Assembly: GCA_963676915.2 (NCBI GenBank)
Contig: CAXXVK010000073.1
Location: 8,560 to 72,559 of the forward strand
Source: Myxococcota bacterium
GTDB taxonomy: Bacteria; Myxococcota_A; SURF-8; G963663525
Direction: 5' to 3'
Length of the DNA stretch: 64,000 nt
Shown here one piece after another: positions 47,376 through 57,800 of this stretch; within the stretch, counting starts at the first letter, position 1; every line of letters begins with the position of its first letter. Below the pieces are notes generated by a model, which was not told where the DNA came from, ran no database searches, and saw nothing but the letters and a program-made list of their open reading frames with translations. The position numbers and the translations under genes are program-made.

Positions 47376-48854
47376 ATGGGAGTCGCAATGGTGCGGTGGT
47401 TATTGATAGCGTCAATGGTGCTGGTATGGTGCTCCAATGCGTGGGCCAACGATACAACGGTTTTGCCTAAAGGCGTCTTCGTCATTGGTGCAAAATTCGG
47501 TTACCAGTTTTCGGATAAATACTTTCAGAACGAGTGGACGACCAAAACCGAATCGATTGTCGCCGACTACAATATCGAGATTTCGGGTGGCGACCTGGAT
47601 GCCGCGTTGTCGGAATACACCCTCGGGAAACTGGATGTGGAATACGAAGCCTTCGGCATGAACATGACCATGCAGATGGGCTACGGCATCACCGACCAGG
47701 TTTCCGTCGTGATGATGCTGCCGTTCCAGCGTTCGCGAACAGCGGTGAATTTCCGCCTTCTGGGGTCTGATCTGGGAACCTATCTCGACGAAAACGGCAT
47801 CCCTGCAGCCCCGATGCCCTACGATCCGAACAACCCCGAAATGCACTTGCTGGATGGCGACATCCTCGCCACCGCTCTGAGTTGTACCGACCCTAATTCT
47901 CTATTGTGCTCGTTCCGTTACACCTCCCCGCGTGAAACCTTCGACCGCTGGGGTATCGGCGAATTGATCACCGCCATTCGGTATCAGTTTTACCAGTCGG
48001 ACTGGTTCAACCAGGGCATGACGCTGTTCGTGAAATGGCCGACCGGTCGTCATGAAGATCAAAACCACCTGTTCGATATCAACATGGGCGACCAGAACTT
48101 CGATATCGGTTTCTGGTACGGCATGGACTTTGTAGCCTTGCGCGGCCTGCCGGCGGTTCATGAGTTGATGTTCAACCTCACCGTGGGGTACACCGACCAG
48201 CTTCCCGACGTAAAAGAAAAACGAATGATTTCCATGTCCAAAGAGGCTGATGGCTGGGAAGTGGGAACGATTCCGTTGGGTCAATACTGGCAGAAAATGA
48301 AAATTCACCGAGACATCGGTGGTAACTGGGATGTCTACGGCGGTTTCAACTGGGCCTTCGACGAATGGATTTCCCTCTCGCAGGAATATTATTTCTTCTG
48401 GAAATACTACGACAACATCTGGGGTGCCGAACCTGTGCCGAAGGAATACAAATACGGAACGCTGTTCGTTCCCGACTACCGCGCCCTCGAATATGCCACC
48501 GACCAGTCCGCCATCGACATGACCACTGCCGTGGCGCTCAACACCATCGGCTGGTTCTCGCGAGGGAAATTCCCGATTCCGATGATGTTCTCGATCGGCT
48601 ATACCGTGACCATCGCAGGTAAAAACTTCGAACAGAACCACACCTTCTGGGGAAGCCTGGATCTGGCGGGTATGGTCAACCTGGTCGAAATGATGGAGGC
48701 CGAAGGGCAGAAGGTCGAGGAAGAAAACCTGGACGAAGCCGCTGCCAATGCCGAGGAAGATGGCAAAATCACGGCCAAAAGCCTTCAAATGCTGAACAAC
48801 ATGCCGTTGCAGAACGTCGGACCTCGTGCGAAGTTCAAACAATATCCATGGTAA
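47376..48854 (+). CDS. Secreted, probable outer-membrane beta-barrel protein of unknown function
   Basis: Signal peptide (…SNAWA), alternating aromatic beta strands, GIGELITAIRYQF, KWPTG. Confidence 0.55.
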   Translation: MGVAMVRWLLIASMVLVWCSNAWANDTTVLPKGVFVIGAKFGYQFSDKYFQNEWTTKTESIVADYNIEISGGDLDAALSEYTLGKLDVEYEAFGMNMTMQMGYGITDQVSVVMMLPFQRSRTAVNFRLLGSDLGTYLDENGIPAAPMPYDPNNPEMHLLDGDILATALSCTDPNSLLCSFRYTSPRETFDRWGIGELITAIRYQFYQSDWFNQGMTLFVKWPTGRHEDQNHLFDINMGDQNFDIGFWYGMDFVALRGLPAVHELMFNLTVGYTDQLPDVKEKRMISMSKEADGWEVGTIPLGQYWQKMKIHRDIGGNWDVYGGFNWAFDEWISLSQEYYFFWKYYDNIWGAEPVPKEYKYGTLFVPDYRALEYATDQSAIDMTTAVALNTIGWFSRGKFPIPMMFSIGYTVTIAGKNFEQNHTFWGSLDLAGMVNLVEMMEAEGQKVEEENLDEAAANAEEDGKITAKSLQMLNNMPLQNVGPRAKFKQYPW

Positions 48855-49126
48855 GGAATGATCCCGTCCTGACGTTACTGTTGGACGGTCATTGCATCGA
48901 AACCACGGCTCGAATCGCTTTTCGTGATATGGAGCGTTGTGCCCTGGATGGTCGAGAAGTGGATGAATCGGCCTATGAGCTGTTATCCGAATTCCTGCAA
49001 GCCACCGACTTCGGGACACTCCGTACGGAACGTCCAATCCTCGACGGTCGCCGTAAAGTTAAGGTAAAGGTTTACCGAAAAGGCGCAACCTTTGCCATCG
49101 AGGAAATAGATCGCCTCGAAGGATGA
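48848..49126 (+). CDS. Hypothetical protein (92 aa)
   Basis: Overlaps the upstream stop; host-like composition; ELLSEFLQATDFGTLR. Confidence 0.55.
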   Translation: MVRNDPVLTLLLDGHCIETTARIAFRDMERCALDGREVDESAYELLSEFLQATDFGTLRTERPILDGRRKVKVKVYRKGATFAIEEIDRLEG

Positions 49127-49230
49127 TTTGCGTTTTACCTGGACAATTCAAACAATTGAATGATCGAGAATCTTCACGTCGCAAGTGATTCTTCATGAAT
49201 TTATACGGGTTATGAGAATTGACGCGACCA

Positions 49231-49276
49231 CCAACGAAAAAGGTCGGACCAAGCACGGTTCGACCTTTTTCGTTGG
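49231..49276. terminator. Long inverted repeat, probable bidirectional terminator
   Basis: CCAACGAAAAAGGTCG-N14-CGACCTTTTTCGTTGG between convergent genes. Confidence 0.7.
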
Positions 49277-49286
49277 CTTTCAGGTT

Positions 49287-50885
49287 TTATGTAAAATCAT
49301 TTGGAAGTGCAACTATTTCTCTAATTGCATCAACAAGGTCTTTGTTGTTGTTACTAGAAATGATCCTGACTAAAAAATCTTCATACTCTTGTTTTTTTTG
49401 TTTTAGAACTTTGGCAACAATCGACATTATACCTTTGTTTGAGAAAATTTTTAAAGCAGCACTGTAATCCTTATCTTGAATAATTCGATTTATCTCAAGT
49501 AACTTCTCTGAATAAATTCCATCAACATCGGTTTCCGAAATGATTTTCTTTAAAGAATTTTTCAATTCATCGATTCCAATCTTTTTCCTATCAAATTTTT
49601 TCAGCTTTTCTTCCACAAGATAACCAACAATATCGGAAACCACTCGTTCTTTCGAATTTGAAAGAATCTCAAACAATTCATTCTTTATTTCTTCAATAAC
49701 TTCATCAAACTTCCTCTCATAGCGGTTGGACATAACCTCTATAACTTTTTCAGAAGAAAGAAGATTTTCTATTTCTGCAAAAGGCAACGTGAAAACATTT
49801 CTTTTCGCCAAGTACTCGATATCACTTTCAGTTTTAAAATCACGATCAACGATGCCTATACAATCAAGCCGATGAACATCCTTTATTGCTGAAAAAGCTG
49901 TCGTTGAATGAATAACATCCTTACATCCACCACAAGGAACAACAGTATAGTAAGGATAAACATTTCGATAAATGTTGTAATCAAGGCTTGACCGGTCTCC
50001 TTCAATAAATAATACGGGTTTTCGGCTACCTACAATTCCCAACAACTCCTCTTCTGGTAATTCGCTATCAGGTGGTATTTCATACCAATCCCAAGATTTT
50101 CCATCATAATTTCTGAAACATAGCTTTTTCGCCCCACGTCTTGTCGATGCAAAATCGATATCATGGGTAAGATATACGAAAAGGCAATCAGGTCGTTCAG
50201 CTTCGATATTGTCCCAAAGTTTTGCTTGGATCGCTTTATGGAGATGCAATTCAGGTTCATCTACAATAATGATTCCATCTTGCGGCGCGGCCAATGCTTG
50301 ACCGATAAGATAGAAAACAACTCTTTCTCCATCGCTCATTTCGGCACCAGGATACGTCGATTTCTTGTTCGCGATGGATGCCATAATTTTACCGACGTGA
50401 ATGTCCAATTTTCTGTATGGTAAAATAGATTCCCAAATCCTTTTAACACTATCTAGCTTCGTTATTGGGGGGGAGATTTTTTCTCTGCACTCTTCTGATC
50501 GCTTCTTATAAGTAAAAGACTCTTTCCAATCTTCAGAAAAAAGGTATTTCATCAACACATCATAATCTTTTATTAAAAGAGTATTAGGTTTACTTTTCCA
50601 ACGATGTACAGCTTTATGACGAACTTCAGAATCAATACGCCCGTAAAGAATTTCAGACGTTGCTTGTTTAAAAGATATCGGTTGGCAATATTCAGGCATT
50701 TGCAAAGCACGGTGCGCAGATATCCTATGTGCTCGGCGAGCAACACGTATATCAAGTTTTGCCCCATAGCGAGTTTTCCCCGTACCGTTACCTCCAACGA
50801 TAACTACAATCCCATTGGTATCAATTTTAATCCAATTAAGTGGCCAACAATTTGACTCAGGAATAATTAATTTAAATTGTGTCAT
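49287..50885 (-). CDS. ABC-type ATPase fused to DUF4435/TOPRIM-like domain (fused PARIS AriA-AriB-like defence protein)
   Basis: Walker A GGNGTGKT, signature MSDGE, Walker B IIVDEPE, H-loop LTHD; C-terminal LFIEG...GGC...GIVDRD...EIENLL. Clearly AT-rich relative to flanks. Confidence 0.75.
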   Translation of the reverse strand: MTQFKLIIPESNCWPLNWIKIDTNGIVVIVGGNGTGKTRYGAKLDIRVARRAHRISAHRALQMPEYCQPISFKQATSEILYGRIDSEVRHKAVHRWKSKPNTLLIKDYDVLMKYLFSEDWKESFTYKKRSEECREKISPPITKLDSVKRIWESILPYRKLDIHVGKIMASIANKKSTYPGAEMSDGERVVFYLIGQALAAPQDGIIIVDEPELHLHKAIQAKLWDNIEAERPDCLFVYLTHDIDFASTRRGAKKLCFRNYDGKSWDWYEIPPDSELPEEELLGIVGSRKPVLFIEGDRSSLDYNIYRNVYPYYTVVPCGGCKDVIHSTTAFSAIKDVHRLDCIGIVDRDFKTESDIEYLAKRNVFTLPFAEIENLLSSEKVIEVMSNRYERKFDEVIEEIKNELFEILSNSKERVVSDIVGYLVEEKLKKFDRKKIGIDELKNSLKKIISETDVDGIYSEKLLEINRIIQDKDYSAALKIFSNKGIMSIVAKVLKQKKQEYEDFLVRIISSNNNKDLVDAIREIVALPNDFT

Positions 50886-50913
50886 TTTTTACTCTCTACC
50901 GAATCGTTGTTTT

Positions 50914-52581
50914 TCATCCCCCTTCAGTCCAGCACGCTTGCATCCCACTTCGAAGGATCACGTACCAGGTCGCAATCGAGAATCTGGATTCCTCGGAATT
51001 TTTGAACGGTGACCAGCAGGCATCAAGGAAGGCCGGGAAATCCTCGATACGAATCCAGCGTACGTCTTGATCGGCGATATGCTCGGAAGGCCGGTAGTCG
51101 TACGTTCCGTCCTGAACGGAAGTATCCCAGAGGTTCCAGTATTCCCAGTCTTTGTATTGCTCCACTGCCCGTTCGTAGTATTTCATCACCATACGTGCTT
51201 CGTTCTCGTTGAGCGGATACCCCACACTTAGCGCTTGCATCAAACTGCTGGCCAGATCGCGGTCGAATTCGTCCTGCGTCTTGGGAAGATCTTCTTCGGG
51301 TGTGTTCTGGTAACGCTCGTTGCGCTCGACCAGTCCTTGCAGCCCTAAAAGGGCATCTTCGGTGTTGCGGTGAATCAAAGCCTGAAACACCCGGGCCAGA
51401 TGGTGCGAACGAATCAACCAGATATTGAAATAGTGGATACCGATCGCCGCTTCTTCATACGCATTGCCGGACTCCAACTCGCAATTGTTGTCCAATCCTT
51501 CTCCGTAACCATTGTAGGCCACGGCTCGTTTGGCGTTGCATTGAGAGTTGTAGATCACCTCGTCCCAAGCTCCGTAACTGGCAAGATCCCCGGCGCCGTC
51601 ATCCAGTTCTTCGTCGCCGCTCAGACCGGGAATGAAAGGCTCGCCGTACTTGTCTTTCGTGCGAATCCAATAGTCATGATCCACGATATCCTTGAAAAAC
51701 AGGTGCAAATGCTCCCAAGCGTCGCTACAGGCTTCGCGCATGGCTTCGTCTTCGGCGTATTCGGCGGCGTAACGAATCGTGCCGGACAAACGCATCACCC
51801 GCGAAACATCGTCTTTGCTACGCATGTTCGTAATCCACATCGAACCCCATTTCGGGTTGTTCGGAAACTCGAAACGGTGGCAGTTCCAGCCCTGTCCCTC
51901 GTGATACCAGTTGCTGTAATCGACCGAAACTTTGTACCCGTCGAAGGTGGTGTATTCGTGATTGAAGGGAATGACGTTTCTCGCCATCAGGTGGTGCAAC
52001 TCATCGTTTTCGTCGTACACCATGCCTTCCATCTGAGCGGTAACGCCTTTGCAATATTGCTCGGCGACACGCGCCATAGACTCGTCCCCGGTGAGAAGAT
52101 AGCCGGAAATCGCCGACCCCAGGACTTTGATCGTCCGCGTCATCAGATTGTGCCCGCCGTCGGCGGAATCCTCGCTACTGGTTTCGTTATGCACGAACGA
52201 CACGGTATCGCCGTTTTTCTCGGCATGAGAACCCGTCCACCAGACCTGCCAGTCTTCTTTTCCGGTAGAAACATCGACGCCATAGCTGGTACGTCGTAGC
52301 CAGTTAAAATAATCGATTTTCGCCATAAGTCCTACAAGACGTTCGGTAAAAGCCCGAACCTCTTCGTCGGAAATCGGCTCTCCGGGATTTTCACGAGCGA
52401 AAGAAAACGGCAACTCGTTGGGAAGTCCCTCGGGTTCGGCTTCCTGCTCCGTGCTTTCCATTTCCACAACATCGTTATCGCCAGGTTGCACGTTCGCCTC
52501 GGAGTCGTCCTCTCCGCACCCGATCAAACTTAGAACCAACAACATCACGATCGCCCAACGCCATCGACGGCCTGCCTTCAT
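50914..52581 (-). CDS. Lipoprotein of unknown function (helical, possibly alpha/alpha-barrel)
   Basis: MKAGRRWRWAIVMLLVLSLIGC lipobox and acidic linker. Possible frameshift near the 3' end (alternative ending DCDLVRDPSKWDASVLD). Confidence 0.65.
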   Translation of the reverse strand: MKAGRRWRWAIVMLLVLSLIGCGEDDSEANVQPGDNDVVEMESTEQEAEPEGLPNELPFSFARENPGEPISDEEVRAFTERLVGLMAKIDYFNWLRRTSYGVDVSTGKEDWQVWWTGSHAEKNGDTVSFVHNETSSEDSADGGHNLMTRTIKVLGSAISGYLLTGDESMARVAEQYCKGVTAQMEGMVYDENDELHHLMARNVIPFNHEYTTFDGYKVSVDYSNWYHEGQGWNCHRFEFPNNPKWGSMWITNMRSKDDVSRVMRLSGTIRYAAEYAEDEAMREACSDAWEHLHLFFKDIVDHDYWIRTKDKYGEPFIPGLSGDEELDDGAGDLASYGAWDEVIYNSQCNAKRAVAYNGYGEGLDNNCELESGNAYEEAAIGIHYFNIWLIRSHHLARVFQALIHRNTEDALLGLQGLVERNERYQNTPEEDLPKTQDEFDRDLASSLMQALSVGYPLNENEARMVMKYYERAVEQYKDWEYWNLWDTSVQDGTYDYRPSEHIADQDVRWIRIEDFPAFLDACWSPFKNSEESRFSIATWYVILRSGMQACWTEGG

Positions 52582-52650
52582 GATACCTTCGCTTTCCATT
52601 TCGGTGGGTTTTGGATGATGCTCTCTCGAAATTGCAGGCATTCATAGCAT

Positions 52651-52677
52651 AAAAAACCCCGCCTGAAAAGGCGGGGT
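52651..52677 (-). terminator. Intrinsic terminator of hdr-met operon
   Basis: Minus strand ACCCCGCC-TTTTCA-GGCGGGGT-TTTTT. Confidence 0.8.
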
Positions 52678-52716
52678 GAAAACTCTTGCCGGAAACCGGA
52701 AAGGTTTCGTGCTGGA

Positions 52717-53643
52717 TCACACTTCGGGACGGGGGTAAAGGTTCGCCCGTTTGACGATGCCTTCCACCGCTTCTTCCCACTCGATGGCCATGATGTGAAT
52801 ACCGGCCACACCCTCAATTTCCTTCATCTGTTCGATGGTTTCGTTGAGGATGGTCAGACCTTCTTCTTTGGCCTTTTCTTTGCCCGCATCTTTCATGCGC
52901 TTCAGCATTTCCGGGGGCACGTCGATACCGGCGACGTTCTTCGCCATGTAGTTCGCCATACCGAAGGATTTCATCGGGGTGACGCCAGCGAGGATTTTTA
53001 CCTTCTCATGCAAACCGCGATCCACCGCTTCTTTCATCCATTCTTTGAAGCGATCGACGTTGTAAATGCACTGAGTCTGGATAAAGTCCGCTCCCGCCGC
53101 CGCTTTTTTCGCCAGACGCGGCACGCGGATTTTCAGGGGATGAGCGAAGGGGTTGGCCGCCGCACCGATAAAGATGCTGGGACCGCCGAACTTGATCTCT
53201 TTGCCGCCCTGGAAGAAATTCTCGTCCCGCATCGTCTTGACCATGTTGACGAGTTGAATGGAGTCGATGTCGTAGACATTCTTCGCCATCGGGTGATCGC
53301 CGAACTGCTGGTGGTCGCCGGATAGGCAGACGAGATTGTTGATGCCGTGAGCCGCCGCACCGAGAATATCGGACTGCATGGCAATGCGGTTTCGGTCGCG
53401 ACAAACCATCTGCATGATGGGGTCCATGCCTTCATCTTTGACGATCAGAGCCGCCGCGAAGGAGGACATACGAACCATGGCCGTCTGGTTGTCGGTTATG
53501 TTCACGCCATCGACGAAACCTTTGAGCAACCGGGCTTTTTTGCGCACGATTTCTGCGTCCGCGCCTCGTGGCGGTCCACATTCACCGGTAACGGCAAAAT
53601 GTCCTGCGGCTAGAACCTTTTCGAGATTGCTGTTCGATTTCAT
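52717..53643 (-). CDS. metF: Methylenetetrahydrofolate reductase
   Basis: AVTGECGPPRG, NITDNQ, CRDRNRIAMQSD, SGDH, GADFIQTQ, GIHIM. Confidence 0.93.
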   Translation of the reverse strand: MKSNSNLEKVLAAGHFAVTGECGPPRGADAEIVRKKARLLKGFVDGVNITDNQTAMVRMSSFAAALIVKDEGMDPIMQMVCRDRNRIAMQSDILGAAAHGINNLVCLSGDHQQFGDHPMAKNVYDIDSIQLVNMVKTMRDENFFQGGKEIKFGGPSIFIGAAANPFAHPLKIRVPRLAKKAAAGADFIQTQCIYNVDRFKEWMKEAVDRGLHEKVKILAGVTPMKSFGMANYMAKNVAGIDVPPEMLKRMKDAGKEKAKEEGLTILNETIEQMKEIEGVAGIHIMAIEWEEAVEGIVKRANLYPRPEV

Positions 53644-54308
53644 TCAAGATCCTCCCTCACCTGCTTACGTGGTCCACCGTCACGGCTCGTGCTCCAATCC
53701 GGAGTTTCGATCATCTTCTCGTAGGTTTCTTCGAGAACTCCCAGAGAGTCGAGACGATCGATGATCAACTGCCAGCCACAGGGAACATCTTTATCGATTT
53801 CGCAATGCCCGTTTACCGATCCGCCGCACGGACCGTTCATGATGCTTTTGGAGCAACGGGTCACCGGGCAGATACCGCCGGTCAGATGCAACTTGCAATC
53901 ACCGCAAGCCTGGCAGCGTTCACCCCAGTGACCGGCCTTCTCGTTGACACCGATGAAGGTCGTATCCAGGGCCGGTAACACCACCACACCCGGGAAGCGC
54001 TCGGCCATGAACTGGACACCCGCCCCGCAAGCCATGGACAACACAACGTCCACATCCTCGAGGTACTCGTCCAACGGATCGAGGTACTCGGTGTCGCACT
54101 GGCGTTCGACCGTTACTTCCACCACGTCGAGAGGGTTGCCTTGTTCGCGACGCGCCAGTTTCAGCGCCGAGGACAACACACCGACTTCCTTGCGGCCACC
54201 TGCGCTGCATACCGTGACGCAGCCCTTGCAACCGACCAGTAGCACTTTTTTGTAGTCTTTCAGAAACTCCTCAATCTTCGCCAAGGGTTTCTGCTGCGCA
54301 ATGATCAT
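53640..54308 (-). CDS. metV: MTHFR Fe-S subunit MetV
   Basis: GCKGCVTVC, ERQCD, ACGAGVQ, CQACGDC....GGICPVTRCSKSIMNGPCGG...CE...CGW. ATGA-coupled to metF. Confidence 0.9.
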   Translation of the reverse strand: MIIAQQKPLAKIEEFLKDYKKVLLVGCKGCVTVCSAGGRKEVGVLSSALKLARREQGNPLDVVEVTVERQCDTEYLDPLDEYLEDVDVVLSMACGAGVQFMAERFPGVVVLPALDTTFIGVNEKAGHWGERCQACGDCKLHLTGGICPVTRCSKSIMNGPCGGSVNGHCEIDKDVPCGWQLIIDRLDSLGVLEETYEKMIETPDWSTSRDGGPRKQVREDLE

Positions 54309-54351
54309 TGCTCCTCCTTTGCCATCCGCGGCTGATAACTATCGCTTCAAG

Positions 54352-54813
54352 CTAGTCCGCCAATTGAGTGTTCCGTTCTTCCGCAACCGAACTCGGAATA
54401 TCGATCTTACCGGGGCATGGCCCCAGCTCCCGGATTCTCTGAGTAAACTCGTTGAAAAGATTGGCGAGCTTCGGACCTTCGGCAGCGGAATTGTTATGAA
54501 ATTCCAGCCGATCGGCTCCGATGTGAGCATCTTCGAGGATCTGCTTGGCTCGTCGCATCCTTTTTTTGGCTTTGAAATTCCCGCTGATGAAGTGGCAGTC
54601 GCCCTCCATACAGCCGATCACCAACACGCCGTCCGCGCCGTCCAGGAAGGCATCGAGCACTTGCTTGACATCGGCCTTGCCGGAGCATGGAATTCGCACG
54701 ATACGTACGTTGGTGGGGTAATTCAGGCGCATGGAACCCGCTAGATCCGCTGCCGCGAAACCGCAATAGTTGCAACAAAACGCAATAATTCTAGGTTCAA
54801 AGGGTTCGGACAT
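54352..54813 (-). CDS. mvhD: MvhD/FlpD 2Fe-2S subunit
   Basis: IAFCCNYCGFAAADLAG, PCSGK, GADGVLVIGC..GDCHF..GN. Confidence 0.92.
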   Translation of the reverse strand: MSEPFEPRIIAFCCNYCGFAAADLAGSMRLNYPTNVRIVRIPCSGKADVKQVLDAFLDGADGVLVIGCMEGDCHFISGNFKAKKRMRRAKQILEDAHIGADRLEFHNNSAAEGPKLANLFNEFTQRIRELGPCPGKIDIPSSVAEERNTQLAD

Positions 54814-54832
54814 CGATTCACCTCTGCAATAG

Positions 54833-57800
54833 TTAGGCCCGTGATTCGTCGGAGTCATGGCTCGGTTGTGCCGGAAGGGTCGGCAATTCCCCAAAATCAT
54901 CCCCCACCGCAACGCGCGTCATCGCCGCGATTTGTGCGTCGGAGAAATGTTGCAATTGTATTGCCTTACCAGGGCACTCAGAAGCACAGACACCGCAACC
55001 TTGGCACTCGGCCGGTTCGATGTACGCTGCACCGTCTTCGCTATGTATCACGGGAACGCCATATGGGCAAGCTCTTACGCAACAAAGACACACGGCGCAC
55101 TTGTCGGGATCGACAACCGACACTTGTCCGCCGACCATCATTTCGGGTTTTGCCAGTACTGTCGCGGCCTTAGCAGCGGTCGCAGCAGCTTGGGCAATCG
55201 TTTCCTCGGCAGGCTTCGGACCGTGGGCAAGTCCGCACAGGAAGATGCCATCCGACGCAAAACTGACCGGAGCCAGCTTTTGGTGCACCTCCAGGAAGAA
55301 GCCGTCGGTCGTTCGCGGCACCTTGAGCAACTCGGCGACATTCACACTGTCCTTGGGGGGATCGATAGCCGCCGCCAGGGCGATGCGGTCCGCCGGGAGA
55401 CTCAACGGACCGGCGGTATCGTCGTTGACTTCGACCACCGGACGGTCACCGTCGAGTTTGACTTCGGGCAGGTTATCCAGATCGAAACGCACGAAACGCA
55501 CCCCCAGACGGCGAGCTTTCGTGAACAGTTCCTCTTTCAAACCGTAGGAACGCATCTCCCGGAAAAGAATGGTGATATCCCGCTCGGGATCTTCCTCTTT
55601 GAGTTGAATGGAGTTTTTCAACGCCTGCGAGCAACAGAGCTTCGAGCAGTATTTGCGGTTCTCGTCACGGGAACCGACACACTGAATCATCACGAAGTCT
55701 TTGGCATCCTTCAGTTTTTCCGGCTCGTTCCAGACCTGTCCTTCCAACTGCATCTGGGTAACGATTCTGTCGTCCTGGCCATAACCGAAGGTTTCCGGCT
55801 TGGATTCCTGCGCACCGATGGCCACGATGGTCGTGCCGTGGTAGATCGTCCGGGTGGAACCGTCGGCCAACTTGATTTCGCTCTCGAAGTTGCCCAAAAA
55901 TCCACCGGTTTTGTAAAACGTCGCACCCAAATGAAGCGTGATGAGAGGGTGATTCTGAACCTTCTCGATTAACTCCTTCATGTGCTTCTGCACATCCATG
56001 CCGTCGTGGGTACGATAAATGAAACGCATGTTGCCGCCCAAAACGTCGTTTTTCTCGACGAGGGTGACATCGAAGCCCTGATCCGCCATTTGGAGGGCGG
56101 CGGTCATACCCGCCAGTCCGCCACCGAGCACCAAACCGGATTGAATCAACGACTGAGGCCGCTTATACAATGGTTTGAGATGATGGGCGTTGGCGATGGC
56201 CATTCGCACCAGATCCTTGGCCTTGGCCGTGGCTTTTTCCGGCTCGGTGGAATGAACCCAGGAACATTGCTCCCGAATGTTGGCCATGGAGAACAGGTAG
56301 CGGTTGACGCCGGTTTCCTCCAAAGTTTTCTGGAACAGCGGTTCATGGGTACGCGGTGTACAGGAAGCCACCACCAAACGGTTGAGATTGTGCTCTTTGA
56401 TCTGTTTTTTGATGTTTTCCTGGTTGTCCTGGGAGCAGGAGAACAGTACTTCTTCCGAATACACGACGCCCGGCAGCGTCTTGGCGTACTCGGCGACATC
56501 GATAACATCCACCGTACTGGCGATGTTGATACCGCAACGGCAGATAAACACGCCGATACGTGCATCTCCCGAAAAATCCTTCTCGGGCGGAGCTTCGGAA
56601 GTAGAAAGCTGCGTTCCACGTCCCTTTGCTGTGGCCGTCATGGCGTAGGATGCCGCACCGGAAGCCTGGGCGACGGTCTCGGGGATGTCTTTCGGTCCTT
56701 GGAACACACCGGAGACGTACACGCCCGGACGCGTGGTACCAACCGGATCGAAGTTGTTGGTTTTGGCGAAACCGTAATGATTCAGTTCGATATCGAGGCG
56801 TTTGGCAAGTTCTTTGATACCGTCCGTCGGGGTCAATCCGGCGGAAAGCACCAGCATATCGAACTCTTCCTCGTGGGATTTGCCTTCTTCGTCCAGGTAG
56901 GTCACACGGACGTTCTTCGTCTCGGGCATTTCATCGACACGGGAGACCATCGAACGAATGTAGCGCACGCCGTACTTGTTTTTGGCGCGGTCCACGTAAT
57001 CGTCGAAACCTTTTCCGGTCGCCCGCATTTCCATGTAGAAGACCGTAGCATCGAAATCGCCCCCGGCGTGCTCGCTGGCAATGACCGCCTCTTTCGTGGC
57101 GAACATGCAGCAGACACCGGAGCAATAGCCGTGGTCCATTCGCTGATCGCGGCTGGCAACGCATTGAATCCAGGCGACTTTCTTCGGCTCAACACCATCG
57201 GAGGGACGTTTGAGGTGTCCCGAAGAAGGTCCGGTCGCCGACAGCATCCGTTCGAATTCCATACCGGTCAACACGTTTTTCCAACGTCCGTAACCGTACT
57301 CGGCAGCAGCGCGGGCATCGAACTGGTCGAAACCGGGGGCCAACACGACCGAGCCGACTTCGATTTCGTCGATTTTCGGCATCATCGTGTGATCGATCGC
57401 CCCGGCCTTGCAAGCTTCCACACAAAGCATACATTCCGCGCAAATTCCGCAACGCAGACAGCGCTTGGCTTCGTCGATGGCTTCCTCGGCACTCAGCGGT
57501 TTTTCGGAAACTTCGGAGAATCCGTTGAGGCGGTAGTCGAGATCCAGCTTGGATTCGTGATGGCGCGGAACCGGCTTTTCCCCTTCGATACTGGGAATCG
57601 CCACGTCCACTTTCCACTCTCGTCCGGCGCGGATATCCTCGCCTTTGAGCATCCGATCGATGGATTCGGCGGCACGACGTCCGGCGGCAATGGCTTCGAT
57701 CGCCAAAGAAGGTCCGGTTTGCGCGTCACCACCGGCAAAAACCTTGCCGTGGCTGGTTTCCATCGTCACCGGGTTGGCTTTGATGGTGCCACGCGAGGTC

